Below, one piece after another: positions 26,217 to 36,248 of a stretch of DNA of 49,909 nt. This stretch comes from Candidatus Hodarchaeota archaeon (GTDB lineage: Archaea > Asgardarchaeota > Heimdallarchaeia > Hodarchaeales > Hodarchaeaceae): the NCBI GenBank assembly GCA_016839785.1, contig JAEOTQ010000166.1, positions 1-49,909 on the forward strand, given 5' to 3'. Both the position numbers and the translations under genes were made by a program. Within the stretch, counting starts at the first letter, position 1; each line of letters opens with the position of its first letter. The notes below the pieces were generated by a model. That model was not told where the DNA came from. It did not search any database and saw only the letters and a program-made list of their open reading frames with translations.

Positions 26217-28124
26217 TTGGCTAAGCTAAAAGATATATTCCAAGATGTTAAAGAAGTAGGGCAGAAAAATCTTGTTCTACTAGGAAATGAGGCTATCGCA
26301 AGAGGAATTGTTGAACTAGGTGTTGCTGGAGTGTTTACATATCCCGGTACACCATCATCTGAGATTCCTACAACATTATTTCATGCGAAAAATCTCTTAA
26401 AACAAAAAGACTATGATCTGTATCTTGAATGGAGTACAAATGAAGCTGTTGCACTCGAAAGTGCTTATGGATTCTCTTTTAGTGGTTTACGAACAGTATT
26501 CATATGTAAACACGTGGGTTTAAATGTAGCGGCTGATGCATTTTTAACCTTAATTAACACGGGAGTATTAGGTGGATTGGTGATGATCGTCGCCGAAGAT
26601 CCACAAATGCATAGTAGTCAAAATGAACAAGATAACAGATGGTACACAAAACTAGCAAATATTCCTATGTTTGAACCTAGTGATGCTAGAGAAGCCAAAG
26701 ACATGCTTAAATCAGCTTTTGAAATGAGTGAAGAGTTTGAAACTCCCGTCATTTTAAGAACCGTAACAAGGATTGCCCATTCTAGAGCTGATGTTCCCCT
26801 TAATCCTATAACAAATCCGATTATTCCCAATAACATGAAGCTCAAAATCGACCCATCTCGATTTGTATGTGTTCCTGAGAATGCAAGGAAGAATAAATTA
26901 AGAATCTTAGATCGTGTGGAACAAATCTCAAAATCCATTACAGAAAGTACTTGGAATCAAATTGATCAAGGCAGTAATAAGGAATATGCTATTATAACTA
27001 GTGGATCAGCTTATGCTTATACTCGAGAAGCACTCAACTATTTGAAATTAGATTTCCCGTTGTTTAAAATAGGGATTTCTCACCCTTTTCCCAAAGAAAC
27101 AATAGGTGGTTTTCTCAAGGCTAATTCGACGAGTACGATCGTAATCATTGAGGAAGCTGATTTTATATTGGAAACTTTTATTAAGAAACTAGCATTTGAA
27201 GTAAATTTTTCAGGGAAAATAGTTGGTCGCGTTGAAGGAGTCACTCCATCACATGGGGAACTTACTACAAGAAAACTTCTCATTGGTTTGTCAAAAGTAC
27301 TGAAAGGAGAAATATCCATTCCATCCATACCATTACCAACTGATAATTTTCAATTTTCACGTCCCCCAGTTCTTTGTCCTGGATGTCCTCATCGTGCAAC
27401 CTTTTATGCCCTTAATAAGGCAATTCCTAAACGTCATCGAATAGTTAGTACTGATATCGGTTGTTATACGCTAGGAGCTTCCCCCCCCTTACATGCAGGG
27501 CATTTAGTGATATGTATGGGTTCATCTTTAGGTATCGGTTCAGGAATTTCTCAGCTTCCGAATCAAACAGACCCTGTGGTCTCTATAATAGGGGATTCCA
27601 CATTTTGGCATACAGGGCTACCTGGTCTGGTGAATGCTGTTTATAATAACAGTAAATTGCTACTTCTTATTGTGGATAATTCAGCCACCGCAATGACTGG
27701 ATTCCAACCTAATCCTGGAGAAAAATTGTCCATAACAGAAGCAGCAAGGGGAGTAGGCGTGAAATATGTTATAGAAGTTGATGCTTTTAATCCAAAGAGT
27801 TCCTTAGAATTAATTAAAGAAGCTGTAAATAATGATGGAGTATCGGTAATTATCTCAAAAGGCGAATGTCGAATACAGTATGTTAGAAGAGAGGGGCTTC
27901 CTGATACTACATATGTAGTAGAACCTTCTCGTTGTGTTGGGTGTCATACCTGTATAAATAGAATCGCCTGTCCTGCAATTATGTGGTCTGATCAGAAAAA
28001 TTCTAAAGGAAAAGTTATTCCAGTTATTGATCAGTTCCTATGTGCAAGATGCGGTTTATGCTCTCAAGTATGTCCTTATGGTGTTATTGTTTCTAAAGAT
28101 GCAAAAGAGGTAGTTGGTGAATAA
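26217..28124 (+). CDS. iorA: Indolepyruvate:ferredoxin oxidoreductase alpha subunit
   Basis: LLGNEAIARG, YPGTPSSEI, KHVGLNVAAD, SSQNEQDNR, RPPVLCPGCPHR, DIGCY, GDSTF, two C-terminal 4Fe-4S motifs. Confidence 0.95.
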   Translation: MAKLKDIFQDVKEVGQKNLVLLGNEAIARGIVELGVAGVFTYPGTPSSEIPTTLFHAKNLLKQKDYDLYLEWSTNEAVALESAYGFSFSGLRTVFICKHVGLNVAADAFLTLINTGVLGGLVMIVAEDPQMHSSQNEQDNRWYTKLANIPMFEPSDAREAKDMLKSAFEMSEEFETPVILRTVTRIAHSRADVPLNPITNPIIPNNMKLKIDPSRFVCVPENARKNKLRILDRVEQISKSITESTWNQIDQGSNKEYAIITSGSAYAYTREALNYLKLDFPLFKIGISHPFPKETIGGFLKANSTSTIVIIEEADFILETFIKKLAFEVNFSGKIVGRVEGVTPSHGELTTRKLLIGLSKVLKGEISIPSIPLPTDNFQFSRPPVLCPGCPHRATFYALNKAIPKRHRIVSTDIGCYTLGASPPLHAGHLVICMGSSLGIGSGISQLPNQTDPVVSIIGDSTFWHTGLPGLVNAVYNNSKLLLLIVDNSATAMTGFQPNPGEKLSITEAARGVGVKYVIEVDAFNPKSSLELIKEAVNNDGVSVIISKGECRIQYVRREGLPDTTYVVEPSRCVGCHTCINRIACPAIMWSDQKNSKGKVIPVIDQFLCARCGLCSQVCPYGVIVSKDAKEVVGE

Positions 28125-28125
28125 G

Positions 28126-28740
28126 ATGGAGTATCAAATCTTTTTAGCAGGTGTAGGAGGTCAAGGGATTCTTTCTGTTACCGATATTCTCTGTAATGCA
28201 GCAGTTGAAATGGGATTTACGGTACGTGGATCTGAAACTCATGGTATGTCGCAGCGAGGTGGAAGTGTTTTTTCAAACGTGAGATTTGGGAATGTTCATT
28301 CCCCTCTTATAATGGAACGAACTGCAGATATTCTGCTAGGTTTTGAACCAGCAGAAGCTTTACGATACGCTCAATTCATTAAACCAGCAGGATACTGCTT
28401 AGTTAATAAACATTCAATTCCCAGTCCGAGTTTTATCTTATCTAAGGATACGTACCCAGAGATAAATACTATAGTTACAGAACTAAAACTTTATTCCAGA
28501 TATGTGTTTGCGCAAGATGCAACTAAATTAGCTACTGAACTTGGAAAACCAATAATGCAGAATATTATTATGTTAGGATCTTTATCTGCTGTTCCTGACT
28601 TACCTTTAACTGATAATGTATTACAAATGGCACTCAAACAGCAATTCAAGGAACCATTTTACAAGCTTAATTTAGAAGCATACAATCTTGGAAGAGCTAA
28701 GTTTGAGGAATATTTAGCCCAGAATTTAGGAAATCCCTAA
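28126..28740 (+). CDS. iorB: Indolepyruvate:ferredoxin oxidoreductase beta subunit
   Basis: GVGGQG, SETHGMSQRGGSV, FEPAEALR; translationally coupled to iorA. Confidence 0.94.
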   Translation: MEYQIFLAGVGGQGILSVTDILCNAAVEMGFTVRGSETHGMSQRGGSVFSNVRFGNVHSPLIMERTADILLGFEPAEALRYAQFIKPAGYCLVNKHSIPSPSFILSKDTYPEINTIVTELKLYSRYVFAQDATKLATELGKPIMQNIIMLGSLSAVPDLPLTDNVLQMALKQQFKEPFYKLNLEAYNLGRAKFEEYLAQNLGNP

Positions 28741-28750
28741 TTAAATCATT

Positions 28751-29374
28751 TTATTTATCTAAATACAATCTCTGTTCCCACTCATCCACGGTTTCAAGAA
28801 TATCCTCAAGATATTTCACTTTTCCTGTCTGAATTTTACGATTATACGATGCGATATCGTAAAGCAATCTAGAAGATTGACTGGTTTCGGAAAGAACATC
28901 ACGAAACTGCTCGATAAATTCGGGGATTCTCTCAGGTGACTTCTCCCAAAAACGTGCCAAGTTTTCTCGTAAAGATTGAATCAGGATTCTTAGATCCCCT
29001 GCATCCGAAACAGACATGATAGTCAATGTTTTATCCTGAATTCTTTCCTTAATTTGCTCGATAAGACGAGTCGCGGCTTCGTTTCGATTTTTAACTATTC
29101 CTGAATCAATCCACGTCTCAGTTACTACTTCTATAAGCTGAAATAAAGCTAAATCTTCATTTCCCCGAATTTCTGGTAAATAATGAAACAATCCAAGCTT
29201 AGTTATTATTAATCTAAAATTCGCACTGATGTAACGTTTTTCCCGTTGAGAAAACTCAATTCTTTTGAGCAAATCACGAAAATCTTTTACATTCAGACGA
29301 CCCGACTGATATTCGACCGTTAAATTTGGACGGACTTTGTCACAAACTTGATCTACAATTTTCAAAATACCCAC
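28751..29374 (-). CDS. Hypothetical alpha-helical protein
   Basis: 207 aa ORF downstream of albA; no family recognised. Confidence 0.7.
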   Translation of the reverse strand: MGILKIVDQVCDKVRPNLTVEYQSGRLNVKDFRDLLKRIEFSQREKRYISANFRLIITKLGLFHYLPEIRGNEDLALFQLIEVVTETWIDSGIVKNRNEAATRLIEQIKERIQDKTLTIMSVSDAGDLRILIQSLRENLARFWEKSPERIPEFIEQFRDVLSETSQSSRLLYDIASYNRKIQTGKVKYLEDILETVDEWEQRLYLDK

Positions 29375-29656
29375 CTTTTTTGTACCAATATCTCGACTTC
29401 ATTGATTAATTTGTCAAAAAAACGGACAATTATGATAATAAACCTTTCTATATACATTCATAATGAAAGAATCAACTCTAGGGCAAAAAATAGGGTTTTT
29501 ATTTCCATATCAACTATTAGTGCAATCGTATTAAAAGGAGAAACCGTTTATTTTCTTAAAAAAGTTGAAATTGCGAGATTATCCACTGAAGATTTTCTAG
29601 AAGTTATAAAATCTGCACGTAAAAGTGCCTCTCAAGTCAAGAGTGTGAAACAGGTT

Positions 29657-29935
29657 TTAGAGTTTTACGATGGTAATTTCGATTGCACTGACATTAGAAA
29701 GATTACCTTCACGCGTTTCTATCTGTTCGGTATCGATTTTTATATCTGTGACATCAACAAGATCTTTCATAAATCTTCGTCTTAAAACCTCTGCAACATC
29801 TACGGCTCGACTTATCGCTCTACCACGAGCTTTTAATACAATTGAATCTGCATTCCTGTTGAATTGTGTTACACAAGCCATGACATATGCAGTTACAGGT
29901 TTGTTTCCGATGAAAACTGTATTTTCCTCTGACAT
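29657..29935 (-). CDS. albA: DNA/RNA-binding protein Alba
   Basis: [34 protein letters not shown]; ATG at 29935 with AAGGAG SD (the ORF-track start at 30007 is too long). Confidence 0.96.
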   Translation of the reverse strand: MSEENTVFIGNKPVTAYVMACVTQFNRNADSIVLKARGRAISRAVDVAEVLRRRFMKDLVDVTDIKIDTEQIETREGNLSNVSAIEITIVKL

Positions 29936-30119
29936 TTTTGAATTGCTCCTTGTTACTCTATGTAAAGTGTTACGTCTTTGAATCACTGAGATTATGGTTT
30001 CCCACATTTCCCCTCCCTAATGACTTGAAAAATCTTACGAATCTGTCATAACGCCCTAAGATAATTATTTTGTTATCATACACATCTTGCGAATAGAATT
30101 CTCTAACAGACTATGATCT

Positions 30120-30752
30120 TCAAAGAGGATCGTCTTGAATACCAGTAAAATAGCCAAATAAATTGGCAGCGATGTGTGTAAGAAATGTTATTGGGACTAA
30201 AAATGCTAACCAGAGTGGGGGCCAAGGTATGATTGGATAAATGAATAACATACCTAGGATAAGAAATCCAAGCTGATCAAGAAAGATGAACGTCTTTCCA
30301 CGTGGGATTCCACTCCGACGTTTGATAAAAGATCCAACCATATCACCAGTCATCCCACCAAGGGTTGAAATTCCTCCTGTTACCCCTCCCAAGACCAGTG
30401 GATTTGCTAAAACATCAGATATATTCAAAAAGGATGTCAGCGAGTAAACAATACTCGAGGTATAATATTCCTGATATTCTAGTCTTATATCAATAGATGG
30501 ATTTCCAAAAAGCACACCATCTAGAGAAGAAATGATCCAGGCTAGAGAAATTCCTATTAGAATCCCAACTAATACTGCAAGCCAAAAACCTCTGATCGTC
30601 TTACCATCTCCTAAAATACGTTTTCCATCTTTCCAATAACGGCCACCATCTATAGGTGGGCCACCCCCAAGGATAGTTGGCGCAGCATTCCCGAAATATA
30701 GAGGTAGAACGAAAATAAGAATATCGAAGATTGATTGTCCAAGGTCGGTCAT
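30120..30752 (-). CDS. carS: CDP-archaeol synthase
   Basis: LPLYFGNAAP, PIDGG...DGKRILGDGKTIRG, GDMVGSFIKRR, FLDQLGF, H..AN..GY; start taken at ATG 30752. Confidence 0.92.
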   Translation of the reverse strand: MTDLGQSIFDILIFVLPLYFGNAAPTILGGGPPIDGGRYWKDGKRILGDGKTIRGFWLAVLVGILIGISLAWIISSLDGVLFGNPSIDIRLEYQEYYTSSIVYSLTSFLNISDVLANPLVLGGVTGGISTLGGMTGDMVGSFIKRRSGIPRGKTFIFLDQLGFLILGMLFIYPIIPWPPLWLAFLVPITFLTHIAANLFGYFTGIQDDPL

Positions 30753-30956
30753 TAAGTTACATTTCCAGCATATATCTGAATGATCTGACTGACAGTATGA
30801 AGTTTCTGTAAGTTCTGTTAGGATAAGGGCATTTGATGTCAATTGTTAGATATTTATTAATTTAAAGGGGTATAAACTTCTACATTGATGTTATCAATAT
30901 AAGGAATGATGATTGTATAAACACTTTCTTCATAAATTGCAGATAATGGCTTATGG

Positions 30957-31472
30957 TTATTGAATAAAAATCCTTTCATGACCCCCAATAATTTCATTTT
31001 TTGTCAGGAAGAAAGTAATATTCGTCTGTTCACCATTAATACTAAAAAAGGAATTTGATTCCACTTTTTGGATGCTTCCACATGTGTTCCAGCAAGAAAT
31101 TGCCGAATAGGGAATTTTCTCAGGTTTAGCGTATAAGTGAACTTCATTAAGAGCATTAGTATTGAGAAGGAAGGGTGTTGAGGAAACTTGAAAGCTTAGA
31201 ATCGGGAAAAGAGGATCATTATCACGAAAAAATACATCAGTAGATTTTATCACCATTCTAATGAGTTTATTATTGATATGGAGAGTGTCCTCGTCAATGT
31301 ATCGCTGCAGATTGGTTTGAATGGAATCCAGCTCACCCCGAATAGCGCTTGTTTTTATTAAATTGAAGTAAATTTTCGAAATATCATAATAGTAAAAATA
31401 CATATTTTGGGTAATGCTGTTGTTCCCGAGAGAGAAAAATGTTTCTGCAAATATTGGTTTCTCCCGTTTCAT
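30957..31472 (-). CDS. Hypothetical protein
   Basis: 171 aa ORF with GGGA SD-like element; beta-rich; function not recognised. Confidence 0.65.
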   Translation of the reverse strand: MKREKPIFAETFFSLGNNSITQNMYFYYYDISKIYFNLIKTSAIRGELDSIQTNLQRYIDEDTLHINNKLIRMVIKSTDVFFRDNDPLFPILSFQVSSTPFLLNTNALNEVHLYAKPEKIPYSAISCWNTCGSIQKVESNSFFSINGEQTNITFFLTKNEIIGGHERIFIQ

Positions 31473-31545
31473 TTATTAGTCCCTTCGGACACACTGAAAT
31501 CAATCTCGTAATAAATACTTTGCATAACTTAGGAATAGAATTTTT

Positions 31546-32607
31546 ATGAACGAGCTACCAGAAGGAAAAATCCCTTGGGATGTCTTATCAAATCTTGTTA
31601 AGTTGCGAGGATATCAAAATAATAAGGGCGTTATTCAAGAAGCTGCTCCTGGTATTGATGTAGCTACATTAGATCTGCAGGAAATAATTCAACAGATTCA
31701 AGAATATTATAACTCCTCTAATACGCCCTATTTAATATATAAAGCAGATCCCATCACTTTTCCAACACCTAATCCAGCGAAATATCTTGTTACAGTAAAT
31801 ATGAATGATTTAGCTACTTGTGGAGCGATTCCTTATGGGATTACTATCACTATTCTCCTTCCACCACGGACGTTAGGTGAAAAAATCCTAGAATTTCAAA
31901 AAAAGTTATCCGAAATCTGTACAAAAAACGGGATTTCAATTTTAGGAGGTCATAGTGAGGTCACATCTAGTGTTGATTCCCCTATTTATTCTGCGAGTAT
32001 GATTGGTTTTGTTCCCCCAGAATACTATATACCGCGAAATCCAAAATCTGGTGATGTTATTATTTGTTCTGGATGGATAGGTGCTGAAGGAACAGGTATT
32101 CTATTGACCAGTGGTAAGGAGTATCTTTCTACTAAATTATCCGAAGAGGAAATAGAGGAAGGATTTAACATCGGGAAGAATATTTCGATCTCAAAGAAAA
32201 TACTTACGCTTAATCGTGAATACCACGAGGCATTAAGTTTAGTCCATGATGCAACAGAGGGGGGTATTTATGGCGCACTATATGAATGCCTTGCTCCTTT
32301 CAGAATGGGATGTGAGATAAAATCTTTCGATATTCCTATTACACGTGTTACGGAGAAAATAGCCCAGTATTTGAATATAAATCCGTACAAGTTAATTTCA
32401 TCTGGTGCAGTCATTCTAATATGTAATAGGGAAAGAGTACCAGCTGTATTAAAATTTCTAAACGAAAACACATCTGGACCTCACCGTATTATTGGCTCTG
32501 TTACTCACAAAGGATCTCCCATGAATTTCGATGGTCAGAAGATGCATCCTCCGAAAGCGGATGATCTTATAAAAGGTCTGTCTGCACTCAAACAGAAGAG
32601 GAATTAG
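31546..32607 (+). CDS. AIR-synthase-related (PurM/HypE/ThiL superfamily) protein
   Basis: GKIP, PGID, DPIT, VNMNDLATCGA, GGHSEVT, HDATEGG, LISSG. Confidence 0.88.
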   Translation: MNELPEGKIPWDVLSNLVKLRGYQNNKGVIQEAAPGIDVATLDLQEIIQQIQEYYNSSNTPYLIYKADPITFPTPNPAKYLVTVNMNDLATCGAIPYGITITILLPPRTLGEKILEFQKKLSEICTKNGISILGGHSEVTSSVDSPIYSASMIGFVPPEYYIPRNPKSGDVIICSGWIGAEGTGILLTSGKEYLSTKLSEEEIEEGFNIGKNISISKKILTLNREYHEALSLVHDATEGGIYGALYECLAPFRMGCEIKSFDIPITRVTEKIAQYLNINPYKLISSGAVILICNRERVPAVLKFLNENTSGPHRIIGSVTHKGSPMNFDGQKMHPPKADDLIKGLSALKQKRN

Positions 32608-33694
32608 CTGATTCTTTTCTGACTCCCTCTGAAGGTTGTGCGATGTAACTTTGACCAAATTTGGATAATTCTGTATGTAACCTGCTTGCGTCATCATAAG
32701 AATTAGTTAACGCAAACATGCACCCGCCAAATCCAGCACCTGTGATTTTTGCTCCCAATGCTCCAGTTTGTTTAGCAATTTCACACATCCGATCAATTTT
32801 TGGATGTGAAACTCGAATATCATCACGTAAAAACCTATGTTGCTCATCAAGCAATGTCCCTATCAACGATAAATCAATATTTGACGATCTTAGTTCCTTA
32901 AATGCTAGCTTTGCGTTGTCTCTTACTCCAACAATCGCTTGTATTAACTTTGTTTGTTTACTTGTTAATTTTTTGGCTGTTGAAGTATTTATTTGAAAAA
33001 TTGATAGATTAGGACTTTTTAAAATCTCTAGAAGACTGAAAATTTCCTTCTGAACTTGTTTTAAAGGAATATCCGCTCGTCGTGGAACTTCAGAATCTCC
33101 AATCACAAAATAAGAATCCTTTGGCAATTTTAGTGGTGTTTTAATGTAAGGGTCATTTGTAGTCATATGGAAGATTCCACCATATGTTACACTTGTTTGA
33201 TCCATTCTACCACACGAAACTCCAAGAATATCGTGTTCTACTTTGTAAGCAACATCTGCAATATAATCTAGTGTAAAATTACTTCCCAGAATAGTATTCG
33301 CTAATAACAGAACCGTAGAAACTATCAACGCGGCCGATGATGAAAGTCCTGATTTCATTGGAATGTCACTACGAATTTTAAGCTTACTAGGTAACGTTTT
33401 TCCAGATATTGAGCCTTTATAGTATTTGAATACAGCTTTGATGTAGTCATATGGAGATCCAGTAAGTTTGTGAATGTTTTGATATTCTACCTTCTCAATA
33501 AGGGAAAAAGCTTCACTGCATAGTTTTATGTGTGTTTTTTGTGATTCAACCTTATAATGGAGAAATAATCTTCGATTTATTGCCATAGGAATGACTGGAA
33601 GCCCTAAGTAATCTTGATGCTCTCCAAATAGGCAAATTCTTCCTGGACTACTAATTATACCTTCTCTATCAACTGATTCAGTAATATTCGTCAT
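32588..33694 (-). CDS. GHMP kinase, galactokinase-like
   Basis: SPGRICLFGEHQDY, PMKSGLSSSAA, CGRMDQ, GAKITGAGFGGC. Confidence 0.88.
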   Translation of the reverse strand: MTNITESVDREGIISSPGRICLFGEHQDYLGLPVIPMAINRRLFLHYKVESQKTHIKLCSEAFSLIEKVEYQNIHKLTGSPYDYIKAVFKYYKGSISGKTLPSKLKIRSDIPMKSGLSSSAALIVSTVLLLANTILGSNFTLDYIADVAYKVEHDILGVSCGRMDQTSVTYGGIFHMTTNDPYIKTPLKLPKDSYFVIGDSEVPRRADIPLKQVQKEIFSLLEILKSPNLSIFQINTSTAKKLTSKQTKLIQAIVGVRDNAKLAFKELRSSNIDLSLIGTLLDEQHRFLRDDIRVSHPKIDRMCEIAKQTGALGAKITGAGFGGCMFALTNSYDDASRLHTELSKFGQSYIAQPSEGVRKESANSSSV

Positions 33695-33891
33695 TCTTCT
33701 GCCCTTTTTATTCTTTCAAACACGTCACTTAGCCAATTTTTTTGATAGGGAGAATCTCATAATCTATACCAAAGATTTCTATTATTCGGATATACCTTTT
33801 TAGAAATAATCCCAGTTAAACATAATTATACTTTGATTCTTGGGTGATCTAATAGTTTTTAATCTATCCCTAAGAATTTGTTCTTGAGACA

Positions 33892-34236
33892 ATGGCATTA
33901 GCAAAATCTTATCAAAATTCCCCTCCTCCCTTGTTAGAGGATACTGTTATTAAAGTGAATTTAGATTCACTAATACTAGCGATGTTCACGGCCTTTAATG
34001 TCCAAATTTCAGATAAAGATTTAATATTGAATATCGCTAATCTATTTTCTGAATTGAATTTAGTTATTCCTGAAAATCTGAATTCAGAGATTCGATCCAT
34101 GTTGAAAATTCTAACTTTAAACAATTTTCTGATTGCTAAGGAAGGAGAATTTTCGATTTCAGAGTTGGGAAGAGATCATGGACTGAAAGCATTGCTGAAT
34201 TTTCGTGAATCTGCTCCTGAATTCTTCAGAAATTGA
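33892..34236 (+). CDS. Small hypothetical protein, possible winged helix
   Basis: C-terminal LKILTLNNFLI...FSISELG resembles a wHTH wing. Confidence 0.55.
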   Translation: MALAKSYQNSPPPLLEDTVIKVNLDSLILAMFTAFNVQISDKDLILNIANLFSELNLVIPENLNSEIRSMLKILTLNNFLIAKEGEFSISELGRDHGLKALLNFRESAPEFFRN

Positions 34237-34338
34237 ATCATCTTCTTTGTGAGAGAATTAAACAATTTAAGCTAGTCACCACTAAATTCATAAAACCAAA
34301 CTCAGACAATCGATTATAGATCTGATCTTTGATAAGTG

Positions 34339-35199
34339 ATGAAGATGACTCTTGAAATTAAGGTAGATGATTTAGATTTATTTACGAAAGTTCTTAATGC
34401 GACAGCTACAGTATTAGAGGACGAAGGAACGTTTGTTGTAAATCCAAAAGACGGAATGACACTTAGAAATATGGATAAACCAAGATTTGCAATGGTTGAT
34501 CTCAAAATTAAGCCTGAATACTTTCATGGCGATTTCAAATGTGATAAGGAATACAAAATTTCAATCCAAATGCAAGATTTGAAGAAAATATTGCAGAGAG
34601 GCGGAAAAGAAGATAGTTTAACCATTACTCTCAATGAAGAAAAAAATCTTTTGAATTTTACTTATGAAGGGCGAGTTAAACGACAATTCATCTTACCACT
34701 CTCAGAACCCGAGGAAAGTACCCTACCTGATCCTAATGCACTAAAATATGATATTAAAGCAGTTTTATTCAGTGGTTCATTGACAGATTTCATTAAAGAT
34801 GCTTCAATTATCGGTGGAAGTATTAACTTATATGCAGAATCAAATAAAATGGTATTCAGTAGTTCACAGGACAACAGGGAAGTTAAAATTGAGATTGATG
34901 CCCGGTCAGAAAATTCAGCTGCAAAATTGATTGAAGCTGAGGGTACCCACGAAGCGCTATACTCAATTGATTCATTTAAAAATCTTATCTTAGTTGATCA
35001 AGCTTTCTCGGAAGTTCAATTAACTTTCACTTCAGTAAGACCTCTTCATTTGCTATATACTGATGCTCGCGGTATTGAACTTGGATATCTTCTAGCTCCA
35101 ATGCAACCTGATATCGACGATGAGCTTGAAGGTTCAACATCCGAGGATGATTATGACGACGACGAATATGATGATGAATACGATGATGAAGAAGATTAA
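34339..35199 (+). CDS. pcn: DNA sliding clamp PCNA with long acidic C-terminal tail
   Basis: EGTFVV...GM.LR.MD...AMVDL, PLHLLY, YLLAP; upstream of rfcS and rfcL. Confidence 0.92.
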   Translation: MKMTLEIKVDDLDLFTKVLNATATVLEDEGTFVVNPKDGMTLRNMDKPRFAMVDLKIKPEYFHGDFKCDKEYKISIQMQDLKKILQRGGKEDSLTITLNEEKNLLNFTYEGRVKRQFILPLSEPEESTLPDPNALKYDIKAVLFSGSLTDFIKDASIIGGSINLYAESNKMVFSSSQDNREVKIEIDARSENSAAKLIEAEGTHEALYSIDSFKNLILVDQAFSEVQLTFTSVRPLHLLYTDARGIELGYLLAPMQPDIDDELEGSTSEDDYDDDEYDDEYDDEED

Positions 35200-35257
35200 T
35201 CAGACAATTCCTACTTCTTCTCAATTTTTCAATATTTCCTTGTGCTTGTGATCAATA

Positions 35258-36238
35258 TTGGTTCCCACAGAACGAATGTGGACTGAATTTTTCCGTCCCA
35301 GAACTTTAGATGAGGTTGTTGGACAACAAGAAATTGTTGACAGATTAAAACAGCTCGTAACCAGGGCTGATTTTCCTCATATGCTATTCTCTGGTCCTCC
35401 AGGAGTAGGAAAGACTACATCGGCAGAGGCCGTAATACATGAAATTTTTCCTATCGCACAGCGTGCAGCAAATGTAAAACGTCTTAATGCGTCTGATGAT
35501 CGTGGGATTAATGTTGTTCGGGAGGATATAAAGAATTTTGCTCGTGTATTGCCATCAGGAGGAGCTAAATTCAAGCTTATCATTCTTGATGAAGCTGACC
35601 AAATGACCAGTGAAGCTCAACATGCTCTACGGCGTACAATGGAAACCTATAATGAGATATCACGATTTATCCTAATATGTAATTATAGTTCAAAGATTAT
35701 ATCTCCTATCCAATCCAGATGTGCAATATTCCGATTTAAAGGATTACATAAGGATGAAGTAATTTCTAGACTGAAGTTTATTGCTTCAAACAAAAAATTA
35801 AATATTGATAAAAAAGGGCTAGAAGCTCTATTTGAGAGCTCAGAGGGGGATATGAGACAAGCGATAAATGCATTACAGGCTGCGGCATCTTTAACAACGG
35901 ATGTTACAGATAAAGTTGTTTACCAGGTACAAGGTTATGTCAAACCAGCTGAATTATCTGATATAATCTTTAATTGTATCGGCCCCGAGCCTAACTTTAG
36001 TGTTGCGCGGAAAAAGGTGGTTAATCTAATGGAGGGTTGTGGACTTTCAGGACAGGATCTAGTAAAGCAGTTCAACAGCCAACTGAGTACGCTTCCAGAG
36101 AAAGATCTTCCAGGAACTCTTCGGTATGAAGCACTAGCAATGCTATCAGAGGTTGATTATCGTCTAGCTTCTGGTTGTAATCCTTTAGTGCAATTTGATG
36201 CATTCCTTGCTAAATTAATAGCAAAATCTCAAAGCTGA
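35258..36238 (+). CDS. rfcS: Replication factor C small subunit
   Basis: WTEFFRP, GPPGVGKT, LNASDDRGI, ILDEAD, ALRRTME, IQSRC. Confidence 0.96.
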   Translation: MVPTERMWTEFFRPRTLDEVVGQQEIVDRLKQLVTRADFPHMLFSGPPGVGKTTSAEAVIHEIFPIAQRAANVKRLNASDDRGINVVREDIKNFARVLPSGGAKFKLIILDEADQMTSEAQHALRRTMETYNEISRFILICNYSSKIISPIQSRCAIFRFKGLHKDEVISRLKFIASNKKLNIDKKGLEALFESSEGDMRQAINALQAAASLTTDVTDKVVYQVQGYVKPAELSDIIFNCIGPEPNFSVARKKVVNLMEGCGLSGQDLVKQFNSQLSTLPEKDLPGTLRYEALAMLSEVDYRLASGCNPLVQFDAFLAKLIAKSQS

Positions 36239-36248
36239 GGTAATACTA

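Noticed and set aside
29348-29785. 145-aa plus-strand ORF
   Set aside because: It overlaps albA and the downstream gene in antisense, has a TTG start, low-complexity I/K/F composition and no motif
29936-30007. N-terminal extension on Alba as given by the ORF track
   Set aside because: An AAGGAG SD precedes ATG 29935, which gives a normal-length Alba
32588-32607. 20-nt convergent overlap of the AIR-synthase-like and GHMP kinase genes as antisense regulation
   Set aside because: Short tail-to-tail overlaps are common in compact archaeal genomes; a 4-nt one also occurs at 43911-43914
35258-36238. Possible intein in rfcS (a common intein host)
   Set aside because: The 326-aa sequence is contiguous through Walker A and the other motifs, with no insertion
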